Origin: Candidatus Electrothrix sp. GW3-4
GTDB taxonomy: Bacteria; Desulfobacterota; Desulfobulbia; Desulfobulbales; Desulfobulbaceae
NCBI RefSeq assembly: GCF_037902255.1
Contig: NZ_CP147990.1
Coordinates: 3,090,001 to 3,122,000, forward strand
Length of the DNA: 32,000 bases
Direction: 5' to 3'
Positions 25,801-32,000 of this stretch are shown here, piece by piece (position 1 is the first letter of the stretch; every line of letters begins with the position of its first letter). The position numbers and the translations under genes were made by a program. The notes under the pieces were generated by a model. It had not been told where the DNA came from, made no database searches, and saw only the letters and a program-made list of their open reading frames with translations.

Positions 25801-26721
25801 ATGGCCAAGACAAGCCTGCTATACGCGCTGAGGGTCTTGGTCACGGCTCTACTACTCTTTCTCATCTTTTGCAATATCCATCCAAAAGAGATGCTTAAGG
25901 CGGTGACAGCAACCTCGCCGGGGTATATCCTGATAGCCCTGCTTGCCCAGCTTGCCTGTCTCACTGTTGCCGCCTATAGATGGCAGCTCATTGTTAACCG
26001 ACTCGGCTTCAAGGCTCCCTTTGCCTTTTACTTGGGCTCTTATTTTAAAGGGGCCTTTTTCAACCAGGGGCTTCCCACCAGCATCGGTGGCGACGGGGTC
26101 CGCATCTATGACTGCGCAAAAATAACCAACTCAACCGAAGATGCTTTTTTCGGGGTTTTCATTGATCGTATCATCGGGCTCGCAGGCCTCCTGCTGCTCA
26201 ATATCGCCGCCTTATTGCTCAACCGAACCCTGTTGCCAGCCAAGGTCTACATCCCGCTCCTCACCATTCTCATCGGCTTGACGAGCGGCCTGCTCCTCTT
26301 GTTTTTCCTCCGTAAATTTTCTTTTTTTTCAGTGGGAAAATATCTCGGCTTTCTCGGTAGATTGTCAGAACGCTATTTTCAGGTCTACTCCTCACTCCCC
26401 GCCCTCACCAGCCAACTTGGTCTTTCCATCCTGATCCACTTGTTCTCTATGGGGACCTTTTTTCTCCTCGGTCAGGGGGTGGGTCTTAACTTTTCTGCTC
26501 AGGTGTATCTGGTCATGGTTCCACCGGTCATTCTCCTGACCCTGCTCCCCATCTCGCTGGCTGGCTGGGGACTACGCGAGGGGGCAATGGTCGCCTTTTT
26601 TCTCCTGATCGGCGCAGAACGATCTCAGGTACTGACCCTTTCCCTGCTCTACGGTTTTGTGGCAGTTATCGCTTCGCTGCCTGGCCTTATCATCTGGCTC
26701 CGTCGGAAAAAAACTTCGTAG
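25801..26721 (+). CDS. Flippase-like / lysylphosphatidylglycerol-synthase-TM (UPF0104) family membrane protein
   Basis: The ATG immediately follows the preceding stop. The protein is polytopic, with the family motifs AYRWQLIV and FFNQGLPTSIGGDGVRIYD. Confidence 0.75.
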   Translation: MAKTSLLYALRVLVTALLLFLIFCNIHPKEMLKAVTATSPGYILIALLAQLACLTVAAYRWQLIVNRLGFKAPFAFYLGSYFKGAFFNQGLPTSIGGDGVRIYDCAKITNSTEDAFFGVFIDRIIGLAGLLLLNIAALLLNRTLLPAKVYIPLLTILIGLTSGLLLLFFLRKFSFFSVGKYLGFLGRLSERYFQVYSSLPALTSQLGLSILIHLFSMGTFFLLGQGVGLNFSAQVYLVMVPPVILLTLLPISLAGWGLREGAMVAFFLLIGAERSQVLTLSLLYGFVAVIASLPGLIIWLRRKKTS

Positions 26722-26742
26722 ACAAGAAAACGCCTTATTCAG

Positions 26743-27456
26743 TCAATGATCAGCAGATGTGTCCCTGTACACCCCTAAAAAAAGCCCCAAAAGGCTCCCT
26801 ACGAGATAGAGCAATCCTCCTGCCCACAAAATATCACTGACAAAATGGCCTCCTTGGAGAATTCTGGCGATGCCAACCAAGGTTCCGAACAACAGCCCGC
26901 TCATCAAAAAGGCCTCTGCCCAGCGTTTTTTCTTATCGTGCAAGACAAACCAAGGTGCCATGAGAAAAAAGGCTATTGCCGCATGACCTGAGGGGAACGA
27001 GCTGTTACTGCCACCGGTACCAGGCTGCCAGCACTGGGTAAATTCATATTGGCCGCCAAACTCAACAATCTGGCGGGGACGGGGACGACCAAGCTGCCCT
27101 TTTAACAAGACATTAATCACCAGGCCTGGCCCAAGAGCGAGCAAGAGCAAAATAAAAACCGCCTTTTTGCGCCAAGGGGCGAACTGCGCTTTGAAAAAAC
27201 CAATCAACAGCACAAGCGCAGCCGAGCAAGCAAGCAGCACAGCCGGAATCGGTGCAATTTTATACAGGGTATCCCAGGGGAAAAGATTGCCCACTGGCCA
27301 TGCCCTGTCGCATTCCGGAAGGGCCGCAGCGATGACATGATCACGGGGGACAAGAGAGGTAATATACCGATCAGCATCGGTGAGCCAGAGGAGACCGGTG
27401 ACCAACACAAGGGCAGCAGTCACCGCTACGGGTTCAATAAATCTTTTTGTACGCAT
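26743..27456 (-). CDS. PAP2 family membrane phosphatase
   Basis: PAP2 motifs are KGQLGRPRP, SFPSGHAA and RILQGGHFVSDILWAG. The protein has multiple TM helices. Confidence 0.9.
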   Translation of the reverse strand: MRTKRFIEPVAVTAALVLVTGLLWLTDADRYITSLVPRDHVIAAALPECDRAWPVGNLFPWDTLYKIAPIPAVLLACSAALVLLIGFFKAQFAPWRKKAVFILLLLALGPGLVINVLLKGQLGRPRPRQIVEFGGQYEFTQCWQPGTGGSNSSFPSGHAAIAFFLMAPWFVLHDKKKRWAEAFLMSGLLFGTLVGIARILQGGHFVSDILWAGGLLYLVGSLLGLFLGVYRDTSADH

Positions 27457-27678
27457 AACAACGGAAAGGGCAATAACAGCTCAGCGCCCAATCTTGACGA
27501 TAGACTCTCACTGTTCAAATGAAGTCATGAGATACAGAGGTTCAGTTTTCTGCCTCGATATGACTTTTTTTATTTACAGACGTAAAATAATAATACTATA
27601 TTGGGTCGGCGAATGCCAGAGATTGTGCATAGATTCTTATGCCTCCTCACTTAAACAGCATTTCGTACGGAAAAACAC

Positions 27679-27755
27679 GGGCGGGTAGCTCAGCTGGATA
27701 GAGTGTCGGCCTCCGAAGCCGAAGGTCGCGGGTTCGAATCCCGCCTCGCCCACCA
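27679..27755 (+). tRNA. tRNA-Arg (anticodon CCG)
   Basis: I folded the cloverleaf by hand. The acceptor is GGGCGGG/CTCGCCC (one G-U), the D arm is GCTC/GAGT, and the anticodon stem is TCGGC/GCCGA with loop CTCCGAA (CCG at 27713-27715). The T arm is GCGGG-TTCGAAT-CCCGC, the discriminator is A, and CCA is encoded. Confidence 0.92.
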
Positions 27756-27927
27756 AGTAAAATCCGCAAGTTAAGACATTTTCTCAATTCTGCTCTTTTT
27801 CTATTCCCCACCGTATTCCCCACATTTTGTCTCGTTTTTATTTTTTTTGTGGGGAGCAATGCCCGCCGAAAAATCCTTTCAGCGACTCTCTAAAAAAATC
27901 CTTTTTTTATACCTGTGCTTCCCCTCA

Positions 27928-27996
27928 TGTATACAAAAAGCTGTTTTCCTATACACGACAAGCTGCTAATGTATAGAAAATCGCTTTTTCTATACA
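27928..27996. promoter_or_regulatory. Two related operator-like palindromes upstream of the Fic gene
   Basis: Site 2 (27970-27996) is TGTATAGAAAA-TCGCT-TTTTCTATACA, with perfect 11-bp arms. Site 1 (27928-27955) is TGTATACAAAAA-GCTG-TTTTCCTATACA, an imperfect version of the same arms. The two starts are 42 bp apart, and site 2 ends 21 nt before the Fic ATG. Confidence 0.6.
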
Positions 27997-28017
27997 TGAC
28001 AGCAATCGGCAGACAAC

Positions 28018-29100
28018 ATGGCATCTTTTCCCCTGAAGCATCTTCCCCTTGAAAAAGACCCGGAAACCAAGCAGGTTCTGAAAAAGGCGACATCCGCCCA
28101 CCGCTTTCTTGCGGAACTCAAGGGCATGGCGGCCACGATCCCCAATGAATCCATTCTGATTTCCACCCTGACCTTGCAGGAGGCCAAAGACAGTTCAGAG
28201 ATTGAAAACATCATAACCACCCATGACGACCTGTACAAATCAGAGCTGTTCGTCAACCTGATCCAAAGTCCTGCTGCAAAAGAGGTGGGAAATTATGCAA
28301 CGGCCCTGCAAAAGGGTTTTGCCCTGGTGCGTGAAAGTGGCCTGCTGACCGTCAATCACATTTTGGCGATTCATAAAGAGCTGGAACAAAACAACGCCGG
28401 TATCAGGAAGTTGCCCGGAACTGAGTTGAAGAACCAGCAGACCGGGGCCATAGTCTACACCCCGCCGCAAGATCATCAAGAGATTGTGCAGCTCATGAGC
28501 AATCTGGAACTGTTTATCAATGACGATGCGGTCAGCGACCTTGACCCCTTGGTGAAAATGGCGTTGATCCATTATCAGTTTGAATCAATCCACCCGTTTT
28601 ATGATGGAAACGGCAGAACCGGGCGAATCATCAATATTTTGTATCTGGTTGCTCAAGACCTGCTGCACCTGCCTGTGCTCTATTTGAGCCGCTATATTAT
28701 CAGGACAAAGGGGGAGTATTACCGCTTGTTACAAGGGGTTCGGGATCGTGAGGATTGGGAAAGCTGGATTCTCTACATGCTGCATGGGGTGGAAAGCACG
28801 GCACGGCAGACAATATGGATAATCAAGGCCATAAAAACCTTGATGATGGACTATAAACACCGCATCCGCGCGGAACTGCCCAAGCTGTACAGTCAGGATT
28901 TACTGAACAACCTGTTCCGGCATCCGTACACTAAAATTGAATATCTTCAGAATGATTTACGGGTTACCCGGCTGACAGCAAGCAGGTATCTTGCGCAGCT
29001 CACTGAATCCGCTTTTCTGGAAAAGGCCAAGGTGGGGCGGTACAACTATTATATCAATCAGCCGTTGATGGATTTGTTTGCTGATATACCGGAGTTGTGA
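28018..29100 (+). CDS. Fic family protein (class II, N-terminal inhibitory helix; C-terminal winged-HTH)
   Basis: The Fic motif HPFYDGNGRTGR (28591-28626) matches HxFx(D/E)GNGRxxR fully. An SxxxE(G/N) inhibitory motif, SSEIEN, lies at 28192-28209. The C-terminal LRVTRLTASRYLAQLTESAFLEK..GR.NYY resembles a wHTH. Confidence 0.9.
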   Translation: MASFPLKHLPLEKDPETKQVLKKATSAHRFLAELKGMAATIPNESILISTLTLQEAKDSSEIENIITTHDDLYKSELFVNLIQSPAAKEVGNYATALQKGFALVRESGLLTVNHILAIHKELEQNNAGIRKLPGTELKNQQTGAIVYTPPQDHQEIVQLMSNLELFINDDAVSDLDPLVKMALIHYQFESIHPFYDGNGRTGRIINILYLVAQDLLHLPVLYLSRYIIRTKGEYYRLLQGVRDREDWESWILYMLHGVESTARQTIWIIKAIKTLMMDYKHRIRAELPKLYSQDLLNNLFRHPYTKIEYLQNDLRVTRLTASRYLAQLTESAFLEKAKVGRYNYYINQPLMDLFADIPEL

Positions 29101-29886
29101 TTTGAGCGGTTTTTCTGCGGATCATCCCAAGGCGGAAAGTCTCCCTATAAGGGGCCCAATCTCTTTCTTACCAAAATTTGGCCAGGAATGGCAAGTTTGG
29201 TTAGAATGATAAATAAAAGGGAGTACAGGCCGATACGTTGCAGGCTCGCTCTATTCTCTGCCCAAAAACAACCCCGCGCCCGGTCGCCGCGCTTCCTTCT
29301 AACCATATTTACCATCTTTACCACTCCCCCCCTTCCGACCATTCAAACCACCTGGAACAGCTCAGGCCAGTGGCAGGGCAGGCGATTCCTTGAGCCTGTA
29401 TACCTTGCGCACTCCGTTCGGGTTCACATCCCAAAGATAGCCGGACAAGGTAACGACAACCTCCTGAAACCTATGCCTTGGCACTATCCATTATCATCAC
29501 CGCCAGAAAATGTTTTTTTTGTCTTTCCGTTGCCGCAGCATCATGCTCGACAGGAGAATTTACTTATAATAAATCAAATTGTTATACACACAACCTTTCC
29601 TGCTCAGATTAAAATATATTGGCAGCAACACTTCGCTAACACTTTTGTACTATTTCGCTCCATAAATGATCATTTTCACCCCGACATAATAACAATGATG
29701 CAATATTCTGCTGAATTCAGAACAAAAAATATTTATTTTCCAAGGCCGTCGGGCTGCTCTTTTTCCAGGACTGGCAGCTTTTTTACTTGACTGCCTGCGT
29801 TGTTTGCAGTTAATCAGTAGCCATCTTTTGAGGTGGAAGAATTTTAATAAGAATAAATAATGTTCCCCCGTATGTATTCTATTCGG

Positions 29887-29952
29887 GTGCCTCTGTGTCT
29901 GAAAATAGTGCCTGCCCTATATGTATTGGCACATATAGGCACATATTGTGCC
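29887..29952. promoter_or_regulatory. Phased array of five GGCAC/GTGCC pentamers including a 15-bp palindrome and a sigma54-like -24/-12 element
   Basis: GTGCC occurs at 29887, 29908 and 29948, and GGCAC at 29928 and 29938, giving spacings of 21, 20, 10 and 10 bp. There is a tandem GGCACATAT x2 and a palindrome GGCACA-TAT-TGTGCC (29938-29952). aGGCAC-N5-gTGC (29937-29951) keeps the invariant GG-N10-GC spacing. The array lies about 80 nt upstream of the ATG at 30030. Confidence 0.4.
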
Positions 29953-30029
29953 CATTTAACTGATGGAACTTAACAAATTGTTTTTTAAGGCATAAAATTG
30001 ATTTAAAAGTACAAAACAAGGAGGCCGTT

Positions 30030-30338
30030 ATGGCTGAAAAACACATGGAGAGTGTGAGGACGCACAAAGGGCATGATGAGGTGATTGCCGACAAACGGGG
30101 CTTTCTCCGGTGGGCAGGGGCTGCACTGGGTATGGTGGTGGCGGCCGGTTGGACTGGAGCCGCGATCACAAAATCTGCCGAAAAAGTCGGCGATGTGAAC
30201 GCCCGCGCCCGCTCCACTGAGGAGGATTTGCGGCAGCAGCAGATCATGACTGGCAAAAAATTAGTCATCATGCCCCAGGAAGAGAAGCAACAGATGCTTG
30301 ACCGTATCCTGCGCAATCATTACCGGACGGTATCTTGA
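30030..30338 (+). CDS. Small membrane-anchored protein with a degenerate twin-arginine-like N-region (102 aa)
   Basis: AAGGAGG lies 6 nt upstream of the ATG. DKRGFLRWAGAALGMVVAAGWTGAAI resembles a Tat signal or signal-anchor with KR in place of RR. There are no cofactor-binding Cys or His motifs. Confidence 0.6.
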   Translation: MAEKHMESVRTHKGHDEVIADKRGFLRWAGAALGMVVAAGWTGAAITKSAEKVGDVNARARSTEEDLRQQQIMTGKKLVIMPQEEKQQMLDRILRNHYRTVS

Positions 30339-30376
30339 GCGAATTCAAAATGCCATATTAACGGAGGCAATATACG

Positions 30377-31414
30377 ATGTCGGAAGACAAAAGAAAAAAA
30401 GATATCGCTGAAGGGCAAGACGACGGGAAGGCAAAAGAATCCCGCCGTGATTTCCTGAAGAAGCTGGGTGTTGCTACCGCTGCCACAACGGTAGCCCCGG
30501 CAGCAACAGCCAAGGCAGGAAGCATTGCCGAAGCACTGCAGACGCACTTTCGCTTGATGAGTGATGACGAAAAGAAAAACGCCATTGCCCGCCTGGAAAA
30601 ACGCTATACAGAGCAATTCAGTAAACAGGTCACAGTGGCTGACACGCCTGCCCCGGAGGGGGTCCTGTTCGGTTATGCACTCAATATCTCCAAATGTATT
30701 GGCTGTCGTCGCTGCGTTGAGGCCTGCGTTCGGGAAAACAACCAATCCCGGGATCCTGCAATCCAGTGGATTCGGGTGTTGCGGATGGAACGAGGCAATA
30801 ACACGTTCGAATTAAAAGAATTGAACGAGGGCTCTCCCAGCAGCAATCCCTTGGGAGACTACGGTATCCAATCCGGTGGCCATGCTGATAAGCATGTTGG
30901 TCTTTCTGGCTCTACTGAGCATTACTATGAACCGGAGCAGGTTCCGGAAGACGATGCCATTTATTTTCCGGTACAGTGTCAGCAATGTGAAGACCCGGCC
31001 TGTGTCAAGGCCTGTCCGGTTCGGGCAACCTTTCGCGATCCCAATGGAATAGTCGTTATTGATTATAACTGGTGCATTGGCTGCCGGATGTGCCAGTTGG
31101 CCTGTCCGTATTGGGCCCGCCGCTTTAACTGGGGCGAACCGGTATTACCGAATGAAGACATGAATCCCAAGACCCATTATTTGGGGAACCGTCCTCGTAT
31201 GCGCGGAGTCATGGAAAAATGTACCTTTTGTTTACAGAGGGTCAGAGACGGACGCTATCCGGCCTGCGTGGAAGCCTGTCCTGTAGGGGCAAGAAAATTT
31301 GGCAACCTGCTTGATCCTAAAAGCGAAGTAAGGAAGATTTTGGCGACCAAGAAGGTATTCCGGTTTAAAGAAGAGTTTAACACCGATCCAAAATTTTTCT
31401 ATTACATGGACTAG
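30377..31414 (+). CDS. Tat-exported 4x[4Fe-4S] ferredoxin-type subunit (NrfC/PsrB/DmsB/HybA family)
   Basis: GGAGG lies upstream of the ATG. The Tat signal is SRRDFLKKLGVATAATTVAPAATAKA. The four cluster motifs are CIGCRRCVEAC, CQQCEDPACVKACP, CIGCRMCQLACP and CTFC...CVEACP. Confidence 0.9.
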   Translation: MSEDKRKKDIAEGQDDGKAKESRRDFLKKLGVATAATTVAPAATAKAGSIAEALQTHFRLMSDDEKKNAIARLEKRYTEQFSKQVTVADTPAPEGVLFGYALNISKCIGCRRCVEACVRENNQSRDPAIQWIRVLRMERGNNTFELKELNEGSPSSNPLGDYGIQSGGHADKHVGLSGSTEHYYEPEQVPEDDAIYFPVQCQQCEDPACVKACPVRATFRDPNGIVVIDYNWCIGCRMCQLACPYWARRFNWGEPVLPNEDMNPKTHYLGNRPRMRGVMEKCTFCLQRVRDGRYPACVEACPVGARKFGNLLDPKSEVRKILATKKVFRFKEEFNTDPKFFYYMD

Positions 31415-31437
31415 AGGGGTATTACTAATGACAATGA

Positions 31438-32000
31438 AAAAGCAAATAGCTTCAGCTTCTCAAAAGCCGATAGCTTTCGCCCGTGACTTTTTCAGCTATG
31501 CCATTAAAGGAGGAAACCTCTACTATGGCTGGCTGTTATTTCTTTCTTTTTTTGTAGTTGTAGGTCTGTACACCTCCTACGTGCAGATGACCAAGGGCCT
31601 CATCGTCACCGGGGCCACGGATCAAATCATTTGGGAGCTATTCATCTCCAACTTTATCTTTACCGCCCATATTGCTGCGGCAGCAGTGCTGGTGGTGATC
31701 CCCGCCTATATCTATAAGCGCGAAGATATGAAGCACCTGGCCGTTCTGGGTGAGATCATCGCCCTGACCTTCGTCATTATCGGCCTCAACTTCATCTTCT
31801 TTCACATGGGGCGCCCAGACCGTTTCTGGCACGCAATTCCAGGATTGGGTATCTTTAACTTTCCCAGTTCGATGCTCACCTATGATATCATCGTCCTGAA
31901 CACATACCTCGGAATCAACCTGGTGGCGGTTTCCTACTTGTTGTACAAGCGCTATCTTGGTCAGCCGATCAACACCAAGTTTTACACCCCGCTGATTTAC
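31438..32000 (+). CDS. NrfD/PsrC family integral membrane quinone-interacting subunit (partial, runs off the window)
   Basis: I translated this by hand because it is not in the ORF track: MTMKKQIASA...LYYGWLLFLSFFVVVGLY...FFHMGRPDRFWHAIPG... It has multiple TM helices and the GRP.R.W motif typical of NrfD-like proteins. There is no stop before 32000. Confidence 0.8.

Noticed and set aside
27756-29100. Direct repeat of the tRNA-Arg 3' end (att site) delimiting an integrated element
   Set aside because: Scanning by eye, I could not find a second copy of the GGTTCGAATCCCGCCTCGCCCACCA segment or a substantial part of it downstream. No integrase gene is present.
29188-29790. 200-aa plus-strand ORF in the region after the Fic gene (and the 65-aa minus ORF at 29145-29342)
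   Set aside because: There is no Shine-Dalgarno. The composition is odd (runs of F, T, P, I, H and Q, low complexity), I recognise no motif, and the ORF lies in A+T-rich DNA. I treat it as non-coding or decayed sequence.

Overview
This window looks like chromosomal DNA from a Gram-negative, probably anaerobic bacterium. It carries an LptF/G-type permease, a PAP2 lipid phosphatase and an NrfC/NrfD-type respiratory module. A Desulfobacterota-like origin is my guess and cannot be verified here. Most of the window is housekeeping: cobU, yqgE/algH, an AIM24-family gene, recD2, a transglutaminase-like membrane operon, clpS-clpA, holA, rng, an M23 peptidase, envelope genes and tRNA-Arg(CCG). Two accessory patches interrupt it. 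The main one is a tightly packed, co-directional six-gene cluster at about 2.4-9.7 kb. In order it encodes a small ORF, an Ala-rich helical adaptor-like protein, an FGE-sulfatase-fold protein without the FGE Cys pair, and a Uma2 (PD-(D/E)xK) nuclease whose stop overlaps the start of a divergent SIR2-like gene. The last gene encodes a 1325-aa protein with an N-terminal STAND-type P-loop NTPase, one predicted transmembrane helix, 14 WD40 repeats and a Sel1 repeat. I read this as a candidate uncharacterised NTP-dependent conflict (anti-phage) system. Its split architecture, with a possibly extracytoplasmic sensor, matches no named defence system I know. The second patch lies just downstream of tRNA-Arg. 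It holds a class II Fic AMPylase gene preceded by twin palindromic operators, then about 930 bp of non-coding DNA. That DNA ends in a helically phased GGCAC/GTGCC array with a sigma54-like -24/-12 element, upstream of a small Tat-like protein and NrfC/NrfD-like genes. I found no CRISPR array, rRNA, transposase or integrase. All functional calls rest on motif recognition by eye, and no database search was possible.
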